From Paraspadella gotoi (taxonomy: Eukaryota; Animalia; Chaetognatha): 64,000 bases of DNA. The stretch lies in contig CM119270.1 in NCBI GenBank assembly GCA_051294375.1, forward strand, positions 13,153,023-13,217,022. The letters run 5' to 3'. The position numbers were made by a program, and so were the translations under genes. Under the pieces are notes generated by a model. The model saw only the letters and a list, made by a program, of their open reading frames with translations, did no database searches and had not been told where the DNA came from. Shown here piece by piece: positions 12,700 through 23,659 of the stretch; within the stretch, counting starts at the first letter, position 1; each line of letters opens with the position of its first letter.

Positions 12700-13660
12700 A
12701 GCTCACGATTCCAAAACCCGGCGAAGCTCTTAATGTAAAATGTAAATCTCTCTCTCTCTCTCACTCTTCGTTTGCTAAGTCGACGCGGGCAAACGCGAAG
12801 GGGACCTCCGCTTGTTTAATGTTTATTTCTCTCTCTCTCTCTNNNNNNNNNNNNNNNNNNNNNNNNNNNNNNNNNNNNNNNNNNNNNNNNNNNNNNNNNN
12901 NNNNNNNNNNNNNNNNNNNNNNNNNNNNNNNNNNNNNNNNNNNNNNNNNNNNNNNNNNNNNNNNNNNNNNNNNNNNNNNNNNNNNNNNNNNNNNNNNNNN
13001 NNNNNNNNNNNNNNNNNNNNNNNNNNNNNNNNNNNNNNNNNCTTTCTTTTCTCTCCCTCGATTTTTATATATTCCGCCGCTGAATATAAAAACGTTTTGA
13101 AGACTGCAGCTGCGCACCGGAAGGAGGCGCCATGACGGAAATGATGTCGAAAAAAAAAAAAGCATCGGGGAATGTAGTGAAGGTGGAGACAAGAGAGGAT
13201 TTAGAGCGCTGAAGATTCGAAATGGTTCTGCATAAAAACCGAGAGAGAGAGAGAGGAGAGGAGAGCATCGAGAGAGAGGAGAGAGAGAGAGAGGAGAGAG
13301 AGAAGGAGAGGGGTAGAAGAGAGAGAGAGGAGCGGAGATGAGAGAGAGGAGAGAGCGGAATGAGGGAGAGAGGAGAGGAGATAAGAGCGGAGATCTGAGA
13401 GAGGAGAGAGAGAGAGAGAGAGAGAAGGAACCAGATGTTTCTGGGTATCAAGAGAGCTCAGCGAAGGATTTCAATTCGTTCGTCTTCACTCGCCAACTTG
13501 TTACAGTCTCTTCATTCCCATGTCGTGAGTTTCATTTTCATGTCATGTCCGTCATTACCATGCTTCTTCGTTTTTCAACCTTCCATCCACATGTCTCTTG
13601 CCTAATTTTAGATTTCCTCTTCATACACTAAAAACTCTCGATAGCATAAATTTTAGTCGT
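12700..13660 (+). repeat. Diverged direct repeat, copy B (copy A 7650-8560)
   Basis: Same ordered blocks as copy A; interrupted by an N-gap inside a (CT)n tract. Confidence 0.7.
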
Positions 13661-15070
13661 TTTCATTGATACATTTTTTTTCACTCTTTACTCTTCATTC
13701 CATACTTCACCTCCTTCACTCCTCATTCACCCATATTTCACAATTCATTCTCAGACTTTACTTTTCATTCTCAAACCTCACCCAACTTCCAACTTTCTTT
13801 CGTCTCTCACATATTTGCGTTTTTTAAAACTTTATCATTTTCTTCTCTCTCATTTTTTTTTGCGGTCAAATCTCCTTCGGTCGCTTTTCTTTTGCGTTGC
13901 ACTTTACTGATTCTCACTGAATCACAGTTGACAGCGCCCTTTGACTGTCTTTTTCGACTTACGTCTTTTTCTCCAAAAGAGCTTATTGCCAAACTAATAA
14001 AATATTAGATGTCAGTCTACTTCCAGTATTAATTTATAAATATTTATCGAAATTTATCAAGATCCGTTTAATTAAACGACAGTCAAATTTCATAAAAATT
14101 TAATAACTTGCACATCAAATATAAAACGCTTTTGTCATTTTAGAAATCATGATTGAAAGCTCCGTATTATGTTTTCATTATTAACATTACTCTTCCCTCC
14201 TCTACTACTAACGTTAATACTGGTGTATCTTCCCAATCATCTGTGTTACCATCTCTATCACCATCCGTCCCCCCTTTCCCTTTTTCAACCATCATCTCCA
14301 CAACCGCGGAGACTCAAAGCAAATAAAATGGAAGTCGAGAGGGCTCGCCGGAAGTGGGCGTGGAGACCAGAACGGGCGTGTTTGTGGGCGTGGCGAGGAC
14401 GAGGGGAGGAAAGGAGGAGATCAGGAGTCGTAAGAAGAAGGGAGGAAAAATTCGGAGGTTTGAATGGGGAGGAGGTAAAGAATGAAGAATATCGAAGGAA
14501 GGTAGAAACGCGAATAGGGGAGAAATTGAAAGAGAGAAAAGATTTTTGGATGAGGAAAAAGTTAAGGAATTCGAGGAAAAGTTAAATGGAAAGGGGTTAA
14601 AGAGGAGATAATAAAAGATTTTAATAACAGATAGAGTTTAGAGCGACAAAATCGCGGGGATTCTCGGAGATACCAGTCCATTTAGCATAAAATCCAAAAA
14701 TAGAAACGTCCAAGCGGAATTGGCTGGGTTGGTTGGACTACGAGAAAGGGCCAACTTGGCGGGCTGGGTTGGATGAAAAGAATGAAGATCATCTGCCGCC
14801 AGGGAACGGTACCATGGTTGTATCCTCGAGATGGTTTCTCGTTCCTGAGTTGGAAGGATTTCAGACTTTTTGATTTCTTAGATTCTCCACCGACAAATCA
14901 GAGAAAATCCTATTTTTTTTTCCTCGCGACCGCAGTTTCCGAACTCCTTTTGTTGTTGTTGTTGTCGTTTTTGTGTGTTGTTATTCATTCCGTTGGACGC
15001 GAGGGATTTTCTTTTGGTCAAAGCCAATTTTTGATGGAGAATTCATAGAAAGCTGACGTGGTTGTCTTTG

Positions 15071-15103
<33 letters not shown>

Positions 15104-15384
15104 TCGTTCTTGTTTCTTCCTCTTAGTTGTTTACACGTTGTCCTTTTGGTCTTCGTGTTCATCGTCGATTTTTTTTCTGTTATTGCAACTACATTTAAAA
15201 TACACATACATTAACATAAAATCCTTATTTTTAAAAAAAAACGCTATGGTATTTAAAGTTTGCAATGGCTTCTGTCTTTGTCACGCTAATCGTTAAGGTA
15301 ACGACCAATCTCCAGCAACGTTACGAGTTCCGGCAGATTTTAACTGCGCGACGCTTATTGTATATCATTTTAATTCCAAGTTAG

Positions 15385-15443
15385 GGCGCCTATAGTGGCG
15401 GCGCCAGGAGTTGCGGCGCCAGGAGTTGCGGCGCCTCGTATCC
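15385..15443. repeat. 15-bp period repeat built on the GGCGCC palindrome (3.4 units)
   Basis: GGCGCC at 15385, 15400, 15415 and 15430; unit GGCGCCAGGAGTTGC. Confidence 0.85.
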
Positions 15444-15545
15444 CGGAAATTAAGAGGAGCGTCGGTTCGAGAGTCTTGGCGCTTTGGTGGGGGCGGCGGC
15501 GGCGGCGGCAGAGCAGGCATTTCAAAGATGCTTTATATGTAACCA

Positions 15546-15548
<3 letters not shown>

Positions 15549-15630
<82 letters not shown>
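15549..15630. repeat. (CT)n microsatellite; other long near-perfect (GA)/(CT) tracts at 34080-34153, 42429-42486, 43930-44013, 44521-44630, 54836-54934, 55733-55832, 56824-56928, 58925-59010
   Basis: Direct reading of dinucleotide runs. Confidence 0.98.
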
Positions 15631-15631
<1 letters not shown>

Positions 15632-15832
15632 AGGAACTGACGAAACTCTAGGACCCTAGAGATTTTTTTCACCTGAATGAGAAAAGATCGAAAGAAGTTA
15701 AGGGACTGTGTCATTTTTGGGGTCCAGATATGAAAGTGGCCCAAACTCGTGAATGAACTCCTCTGACCTTGGATCTCTTTGCAGAAGTCACGTATCTCTT
15801 ATCTTTTTCACAACGCAAAATTTTATATTCAG

Positions 15833-16139
15833 GCTAAACCACTTACACACATTGCATTGCTAAGCATAGTGGCTGATGCAAAGCAGAATGACGAGCATAT
15901 GACTCAAGTTTAAAAGCTTAAAATAACGCTTACAGTATTTCTCCGCTAAAAAATTTTTAATAGATAAAGAAAAATTATATAGCTTACAGGATGAATGCGG
16001 AATGCGATTGATCTGAAAGTTTCAACTTTTATGCTTTTTGATAACTATTGATTACTATTGATTGCCAAATTAATTACCTATTGATTATAAAACCAGATGC
16101 TGTTTTGGGCATCGCGATAGATCAGCCTGGTCAGTCTTG
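15833..16139 (+). CDS. Candidate small exons, possibly N-lobe of the downstream kinase-like segment
   Basis: Acceptors ttcag|15833 (AKPLTHIALLSIVADAKQNDEHMTQ), ttacag|15936 (YFSAKKFLIDKEKLYSLQDECGMRLI) and accag|16097 (AVLGIAIDQPGQSW|gtcagt). Only loose resemblance to kinase subdomains II-IV. Confidence 0.25.
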
Positions 16140-16235
16140 GTCAGTATGTTTTTTTGTCAGTCTGTCCCACTTATATCATCAATTAAAAGAAAAGAGGATC
16201 ACCTTAGAGCGAGAGAGAGAGAGAGAGAGAAAGAG

Positions 16236-16450
16236 AAAGAAATTGTAAAAAGGAGGCTATGAATGAGGATAAGAGAGAAAAAGAGAGAGAAAGAAAGAAA
16301 AAATGTTGAAGAGGAACACAAATGAGAAGGAGGAGGGAGGGGAGAGGAAGAGAGAAGAGAAAGAAATGTAAAAAAGAGGGTCATGAATGAGGATGAGAGA
16401 GAAAAAAGAGAGAGAGAATATGAAAAGGAGGAACACGAATGAGGAGGAGA
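16236..16450. repeat. Two diverged copies of a ~124-bp purine-rich unit
   Basis: AAGAAAT(T)GTAAAAA..ATGAATGAGGAT..GAGGAACAC.AATGAG at about 16237 and 16361. Confidence 0.7.
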
Positions 16451-16510
16451 GAAGGAGGGAGAGAGAAAGAGAGAGAGGAGGAAAGAGAAAGAAAGAAAAA
16501 AAAAAAAAAA

Positions 16511-17127
16511 TAAGTTTGAGCCAAACAGTGTCGATCTGCCCGCAATAATTTAAATTATGGATGCGATGTTAAGATTTTCGATGCCATCACGATCGGAAAC
16601 AATCATTCATAGTCTATCAAAAATGATTCCAATTGATGTGAGAGAAAGAGAGAGAGAGAGACAAGAGACAAACATACTAATCAAAACAGATATAACCATA
16701 ATAAAAATGATGTAGATGATAATCCAATGATGAGAGAGAGAGAGTTAATTGTGTCTTTTATTTTTTTCATTTCTGATTGCACGATCCATCAAAACTTCAT
16801 ATCTAGCTTAATCACAACTTTCCGACACACATACAAAGTTTCATCTTGATTTTTATATCAATTTTTAATAATTAAAGCATTTAACCAGTAAAAAAAAATT
16901 GGACTTTCGTTTTTATTTTTTTTGTTTCATCCATTAATCCATTAATTGGTGTTTTTTGCTAAGGTGGGACGGACAGACGGATATCATTTTTTGCATAATT
17001 TATCATAACTCGATGTTCTGACTTGATATAAGTGTATGCCCGACAAGATTGAGAGGGCGGACCGACGGACAAAAAAAATAAATTATAAAGTGGGGATCTG
17101 TTAATAAGCAGATCCGACTAAAAAAAA
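16511..17127 (-). mobile_element. Helentron-associated / DINE-1-like non-autonomous element (HINE family A)
   Basis: On the minus strand, in order: T-run; subTIR GTCGGATCTGC (17118-17108) with adjacent inverted repeat (GGATCTG 17094-17100); (GTCC/GTCT) microsatellite at 16967-16981 and 17058-17070; second subTIR (GTCGATCTGC 16530-16539, 1-nt deletion); 3' stem-loop GTTTG-agc-CAAAC (16514-16526); T-run. Confidence 0.7.
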
Positions 17128-17295
17128 GATAGAAATTTAAAAAGGGGAGGGAGAGAGAGAGAAAGAGAGAAGAGAGAGAAAGAGAGAGAGAGAGAGAGGA
17201 AGGAGAGAGAACGGGAAAAAAAGAAAGAGAGAAATGTAAAAAGTAGGTTTACGAAAGAGGAGGATTTGAGAGATATGTAGATTATTTTAATGCAG

Positions 17296-17625
17296 TACAT
17301 GGTACAATTTTATAAGCGCTGCTAGAAAAGAGCTGTCATTCGAAAAACGCCTAGGTATTTTTTCATCCTGAAAATTCTGATTATTTTTTCTTTCTAAAAA
17401 AAAATTATCAGGCGCTTATGGCAACAGCCGGGTTGCTTACGATTCCCTGGGATGGGACATCTCACAGTTGGCTTTGGGGGCTTCCGACCCTCAGTGACGC
17501 CTCAGTCACTGGCGTTGTTACCCTAGGACGTCTCCCTTTTGCCAACGCAGAGTGAAGTCGTTGATTTGCTGAAGGATGGTGGACGTGAGGTGGTGTGGAA
17601 TATACCCCACCCGCTGCTTTTCTGA
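17296..17625 (+). pseudogene. Degraded or mis-sequenced protein tyrosine kinase-like catalytic-domain segment (subdomains VIb-X)
   Basis: After acceptor aatgcag|, and allowing 1-nt indels, these motifs are collinear: HG..SAARK (cf. HRDLAARN), LKISDY (cf. VKISDFG), LTIPWMG (cf. LPIRWMAPE), SDA..GVV (cf. SDVWSFGVV), TLGRLPF and QSEVVDLLKDGGR (cf. TLGxxPY..NxEVLxxVxxGGR). Needs about 5 frameshifts. Confidence 0.55.
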
Positions 17626-17783
17626 ATCGTTAAAAATGAGTTCAGCTCTCAATTTCTCCGTCTCTTCCTTCTCCGTCTCTCTCCGTCTCTCTCTCTGTCT
17701 CTCTCCTCTTGAAAGATAGCTAGACCCACAGAATCGGAATCAGTGCATGACCGCTGTATATTTAATTGACTTATTACAATATA

Positions 17784-17945
17784 CAGTAATATCGCAAAAT
17801 AAATAAAAAATATAAAATAATCAGACAGCGCCGTGTTATTTCAGTATTTTTAGTCAAGACCTTTATGATTTTCTTTGTTCCGGCGGCGTTGGATAGACCC
17901 AAACACTGCAGTTTCAAAATCATCCATGGTTTTGTAATATTACTG
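17784..17945. mobile_element. Possible small CAGT-terminated (Tc1/pogo-type) MITE
   Basis: TA|CAGTAATATCGCAAAA ... TTTTGTAATATTACTG, a 14/16 inverted match. The right TA is not preserved. Confidence 0.3.
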
Positions 17946-18099
17946 CGCTACTGGGCAAAAATTGCTAGGGAACCAAAATTATCAGAAACCGCTTCTTTCG
18001 GATTTTTTTATAAGCGCGGTGCGACATATCTATGTAAACTGCAAATCTGCAAATGGCTTCTACGTAAGCTTCTGATTGATTGATTGGTAGAAGAAAACC

Positions 18100-18475
18100 G
18101 ACGACAACAAACAGGAAGGAAACGATTAAAACGACGGCATAGATGACTACGAAGAGGACGTCGTAGAGGACGTCGTAGAACAACGTCGAAAAATGACGAC
18201 GAAGACGATAACGAAGACGACAAAAACGACGTCGACGATAATGACCGACGAAGACAACAAAAATGACGATGAAGAGGAAGACAAAACTGACGACGAAGAG
18301 ACCCACAAGAAGACGACAAAAACGAACGACGAAATTGACGACAAAGAAAGACGACGAAAAAACGACGGAAAGACGATGACTTCTAAAATGACGAAAACGA
18401 TGTCGAAGACGACGACGAAAACGAAGATGAAAATGACGATGAGAAGACGAAAAGGAGATAAAGAAGTGACGAAAA
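18100..18475. repeat. Degenerate (GAC/ACG)n trinucleotide tract
   Basis: GACGACGAAGACGATAACGAAGACGAC... Explains the overlapping low-complexity ORFs in several frames. Confidence 0.9.
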
Positions 18476-18842
18476 TGGGTGCTGTCAGCTTCTCTCTCTC
18501 TCTCTCTCTTTCTCTCTCTGTACGATCTCTTGCGTGATTGTTCGTTTTTTGAAAAATTCTTATTATTTTTTTCCTTCTACCATTAAACAATGTCGAGAAA
18601 CATGACCTTAATAACGCGTTTCGATTGCACGGAAACGTTACATGGTATAAAAAAAATCAACATGACCCAACTTCACACGCAGAAACTTTACGCTCTAATT
18701 TTATAAAACATAAATTACATTATTTACAATATCATGCAATGTCACATGTGCATCAGCTTAATGTGACAGGTAGGCGATACCTTCTGTATTTCAGCCACCA
18801 ATCATAGTACAATCATAAAAGTTTTTTTTATTGTGATGAAAA

Positions 18843-21432
18843 TTAAGTTAGAATTTGTTGGACAGGTTTTGACAAAATCTTTATTCGTCGATTGAATAAT
18901 TTTTTCTGTGCATCCAAAATTTTGGTAACCTGATGCATTTATTAAAAATATAATGGTTAGAATTTATGTATCTATCACTTTACAATGTAATTATTTTTCT
19001 TTATTACCTTAGATGTCCAATCATTTTTAATATCTTTTAATTATTATAGTTATACCTTAAAACAATAAAATAGTTAAAGATTTCTATCATTTCAAAAATT
19101 GCTTACTTTTTTCAAAACTGACAGACCCCTCATCAGTTGGGATGTACCTCACCTGAGTATCGTCAGAATACTGCTGTTACTGAAAGAATCTTTTTTTTAA
19201 TTAACTAAATAATTTTTAAAAATAATATTATATTCTTAAACATTTCCACTGTACTTTACCATATAGAAAAAATAATCCACAACTTGCATACTTTTAAAGA
19301 TCTTTTTTGCTCTGCTTTGATCTCTACTTCTTGATGAACGCAAAATATTGACAGTCCCAACATATAGTCTTCCAGTTTCAAATTCTTGAGATATAAAAAA
19401 ATAATATAAATTTAATTGTTCATTAAACATTTCCTTGGAAATTCATGTCAATTGATACTCTTTATAAATCAAGCACTTATAATGGCACATTCCTCCCTGA
19501 GATTTTCTTCAGTCTTCAATTCTTTTAAAAACTACCAGGGCCTAATAAGAAATAAATCAGACTTTAAGTCGATAAAAAACATAAAAAAAAGCGCATAAAG
19601 AAAAATCTGGATTGACAAATTTTGATACTAAAAAAATCAAATTTTGAAAAAAAAAAAATTAATTTATAAACATAAAGAAAAAGAAGAAAAGAATAGAAAT
19701 GAAAGAAAGAATAGAAAGGAAGAAAAATAGAAGGAAAGAAGAATCAAAGGAAAGAAAGAATATAAAGGAAAGAGAGAATAGAAAGGAAAGAAAGAATAGA
19801 AAGGAAAGAAAAAATAGAAAGAAAAGAGAAGGAAGAAAGAATAAAAAGAATAGAAAGGAAAGAAAGAATAGAAAGAAAAGAAAGAATAGAAAGAAAAGAA
19901 GGATAGAAAGAAAGAAAGAATAAAAAGGAAAGAGTGAATAGAAAGGAAAGAAAGAATAAAAGAAAGATGAATAGAAAGGAAGAAAGAAAAGAAAGGAAGA
20001 AAGAATGAAAGGAAAGAAAGAATAGAAAGAAAGAAAGATGAAAAGGAAAGAAAGAAAAGAAAGAAGAATAGAAAGGAAAGAAGAATTGAAAGGAAAGAGT
20101 GATAGAAAGGAAAAAAAGAATAAAAAAGAAAGAGTGAATAGAAAGAAAGAGAATAGAAGGAAAGAGAGATAGAAAGAAAAGAAGAAGAATAGAAAGGAAA
20201 GAAAGAAAAGAAAAAAGAAAGAAAGAAAAAAAAGAAAGAATAGAAAGGAAAAAAAGAATAGAAAGGGGAAAGAAAGAAAGAAAGGAAGAAAGAATAGAAA
20301 GGAAAGAAAGAATAGAAAGGAAGAAAGAATAGAAAGAAAGAAGAAAAAAGAAGAAAGATAGAAAGGAAAGAAGAATTGAAAGGAAGAGTGAATAGAAAGG
20401 AAAGAAAGATAAAAAAGAAAGAGTGAATAGAAAGGAAAAGAAAGAATAGAAGGAAAGAGAGAATAGAAGAAAAGAAAGAAAGAATAGAAAGGAAAGAAAG
20501 AAAAGAAAAAAAAAGAAAGAAAAGAAAAAAAAGAAGAAAGAAAGGAAAAGAATAGAAGGAAAGAAGAAAGAAGAAAAGAAAGAATAGAAAGGAAAAAAGA
20601 ATAGAAAGAAAGAAGAATGAAGGAAAGAAAGAATAGAAGGAAAAAAGAATAGAAGGAAAGAAAAATAGAAAAAAAAAGGAAAGAATAGAATGGAAAGAAA
20701 GAATAGAAAGGAAAGAAAGATAGAAAGGAAAGAAAGGAAAAATAAAAATAAAGAGAGAGTGACGAGAGAAGAAAGAAAAAACCCGATGTTGCGAAAGCAA
20801 ATGATAACATGTACGAATGCGTTGCCTAATTTACGAGTTCAATCCTAATTCAATTTTTTTTTAATAAAAACGCAGAGAGAGAAAGAGAAAGAGAGAGAGA
20901 GAGAAGCAAATCGTTTTTGGACGAATCCAGCAGAAGGCAGCAGGCGAAAACCTTTTCATTGGCAAATAAACTGATCAGCAGAAGCAGCCCCTGAGAAAAA
21001 AAAGAGAGAAAGAGAGAGAAGAGAAAAGAGAGAGAAAGTGGGCAGAGAGGAGAAGGAGAGAGGAGAGAGAGAAGAGAGAGAGAGAAGCAAATCGTTTTCG
21101 ACGAGAGAGAGCTGGAACGCGACACAACAACGACGACGACGACGCCTACGCCACTTATGCGCAAAAGCGTTACGAGATCATCGCAACGCAAAGCGATTGC
21201 GACGATAAAAATGCACGTATAACAAGTATACTTCCTTACCACAATTGGCCAATTTTTTCTTGCAATTAAATCCGACCCAATTTGGTATTGCTTAAAAAGC
21301 AAAAGCATCTTTTTATAAATTGAAAATAAACTAATTTCCATCTTGTCTTTAAAAAACAAAAGATAGGTAATAACATTTCTATCAACTGTCTTTTTCATAA
21401 AGTTTACCTTTCACTCGCGCATTTTGCGTCAT
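18843..21432 (-). CDS. Candidate 7-exon gene, unknown product
   Basis: Exons 21432-21408 and 21346-21240 splice in frame across a 61-nt GT-AG intron (MTQNARVKDKMEISLFSIYKKMLLLFKQYQIGSDLIARKNWPIV|gtaagg). Further exons: 19541-~19470, 19384-19260, 19173-19107 (QYSDDTQVRYIPTDEGSVSFEK|gtaagc), 19055-19008, and 18929-18843 (VTKILDAQKKLFNRRIKILSKPVQQILT*), followed by AATAAA at 18832-18827. At least two homopolymer indels must be corrected, and the exon 3-4 junction is unresolved. Confidence 0.5.
19675..20745. repeat. ~1.07-kb polypurine satellite, basic unit ~AATAGAAAGGAAAGAAAG
   Basis: Almost C-free on the + strand. It is the source of the spurious 378- and 383-aa F/S/L-rich ORFs. Confidence 0.95.
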
Positions 21433-22817
21433 GCGCGATGAATTAATTTCGACTTCTCGCTACTTTCCGTCGTAGAAAAAGTTGAAAAAAAATGAAGGAA
21501 ACCGACGGAGTAAAACAATTCGTATAAAGTTTTCTTACCTTTATCTAACAAACCGAAAAATTTCGTACTTTTTTGTAACGAAATAGTAAAACTCGATAAC
21601 TTTCATGATAAAAATATACCGACGCATTGTTGATGTATTTTATGCTTTTCTCTACAATCACACGGAGGGATTATTGGATTAGTTCATTCTTATATTTTTA
21701 TTTGGCTTATCAAAAGTAATGTATCCTTTTTTAGTACTTTAAAAAAATATTACTATATCTAAATGTTTGAATTTCAAAAACGGATCCGTGGGTTTTGATG
21801 ACGAGGAATAAAAGAACATACATGCAAAGTTTGGAACTTTTCAGGTCACCCAGTGGACGAAGTACTTTATTTATGCAAAAAAAAACCTTTCTCTCTCTAT
21901 CTCAGCTGAATGATGAGTTAAAAATTTTTTGAAAACGGTTTTTTGTAGAGCGGACCGAGGTTCAGGCCGTGATGTGAGAGAAAATAATGTATCATTAGTA
22001 CTTATTACTAAATAGGCCAATTAAAAAAGACACAGTCCCCTTAAAAGAAATAAAATTATATTTAGGAAAATGATTTTGGAATATGATTGAAAAGATCGGG
22101 GCCGCGTCTCGCGAGCCGACCGTTTTTTTTCTTTCTCCCTTTCTTACTTTCTCTCCCCTCTCTCTCTCTCTCTGTCTCTGTCTCTCTCTCCCTCCCTTCC
22201 TTCCTCCCTCCTTCCCCTCCCGATCTCATAATGCGAAAGAAAACTCCGGCGAACCGAAGCTAGAAAAAGCCTCCGCCGCCGCATCAGCGTCGACAGCCGC
22301 GTCAGGAGCAGCAGCAAAAGCCGCCGCAAAAATCCGGCTTTTCTTCGGTTTCTTTCGGCGTTGGGGTTTTTCTAGAGAAAAGGGGGTATTCATAAGGGTA
22401 TAGTAAAGGGTGGCAGGGTTTTTAAAGGGGGTTGGAGTTGAGAAAGGGTGAAGGTAGGGGTGATAAAGGGATGAGGAAGGGGTGAGGAAGCTGTGACGAA
22501 ATAGCTAATCCGGGAAAAAAAGCAGGGGGGGTCAGAGAAAGGGAGCAGGGTGTTAGGTGAAGGAAGCAGGGTGGTCTTATGAGCAGGCTTGGTTGTCAGG
22601 CTTTGAGTACAAGTCGTCAGTAAAAGCAACGCCAGTGTAAAAGGAACCAATGTATGACTGGGATACGGGCGGTCACCCTTTAGGGGGGTGACGGGTCAGG
22701 GTTTGCAAAGGTCAAATGTCAGTCCGAGGAGGTTGGATGAAAATGAGGGTTGGCCCGAGAGAGAGAGAGAGACGGAGGAGAGAGAGAGAAGAGGAGAGGA
22801 GATGAGAGGAGAGGAGA

Positions 22818-22852
<35 letters not shown>

Positions 22853-23659
22853 GAACGTCAGCTTATATGCTTGGTCGGTTCCCTCGTCTTTGATTGATAG
22901 AGGATCTTTGCCAATCAAAAGCTCTCCCTGTCTTTAGTCACATTTTTTTATAGATTAGTTTCGGACTGATTGCGCAACAACGATTAGAGTTCGCCTTTCG
23001 CTCAGTTTCGTCGTTTTACGACTCGGCGTCGGATCGGCGAGGTCAGTGAGATTGGCAGCGGTTCGGCGGCGGGACGGCGGGGTGGCGGCAGCGGGACGGC
23101 GGCGGTGCCACCGGTCCATTCTAGTTGCAACCGTTGGACCATGAACTCGGCATAGAATCTCTTTCCTTCAAGGAAAATTATAATGTTTCTCTCGTTTTTT
23201 TTTTTTCATTCGATTGTACATTTTTCCGAACGTCGTCAACATCATCGTTATCGTCGATAATGTCGGCGTCGTCGTCGTCGTCGTCGCGGTGTTATAGAAG
23301 CTGAGGCTTTTAAAAAAGCTTCGAGTCCTAAAAGCCACAAGATATCTCTCTCTCTCTCTCTCTAAGAGGAAGCAAGAGTGTCAGTTCACATATTTCTTGT
23401 GTTGGACACAAGAGGAGAAAACTGATCATCTTGACGCTCTTGTAAAAGCATTTAAAGCGAGCGCGGGGAGCCGAGTTTGGCGGATTTTGGGTACAAATAT
23501 TACCCATTATTACTAAATAAATTACTAAATGATTATGAATAATTGAAATTGTTTGCAAAGTTTCTAATAGTTCCCTTTGGACCTGTTGATTTAACTTGTG
23601 GGCCGGACCCACGTAACCTCAATCACCTTTTTCCCTCCCGCTTTGCTTTCCTTTTCCAG

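Larger units (their letters stand above)
15702..22040. mobile_element. Putative Kolobok-like element (TTAA-flanked TIR pair, 6.3 kb)
   Basis: Left end TTAA|GGGACTGTGTCATTTTT (15698-15718). Right end AAAAAAGACACAGTCCCC|TTAA (22023-22044). A TTAA TSD with purine-starting termini is the Kolobok signature; piggyBac starts CC. No transposase seen, and the two ends could belong to separate copies. Confidence 0.45.

Noticed and set aside
17965-18590. Overlapping T/K/D-rich, V/F-rich and S-rich ORFs
   Set aside because: Products of a degenerate GAC triplet tract open in most frames.
19110-19170. Hammerhead ribozyme cores (CTGATGAG and CTGACGA on the minus strand; also 11848, 15637, 18613)
   Set aside because: No stem II closed by GAAA at the required position; the 19.1-kb segment fits an exon better.
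19659-20810. Longest ORFs in the window (383 and 378 aa, F/S/L-rich)
   Set aside because: Stop-free reading of a polypyrimidine satellite in two frames at once; not coding evidence.
23099-23125. Weak hairpin plus CTAG|T as a Helitron 3' end
   Set aside because: The stem is imperfect and no 5' A|TC end or second copy is identifiable; noted only as a GGC-rich block.
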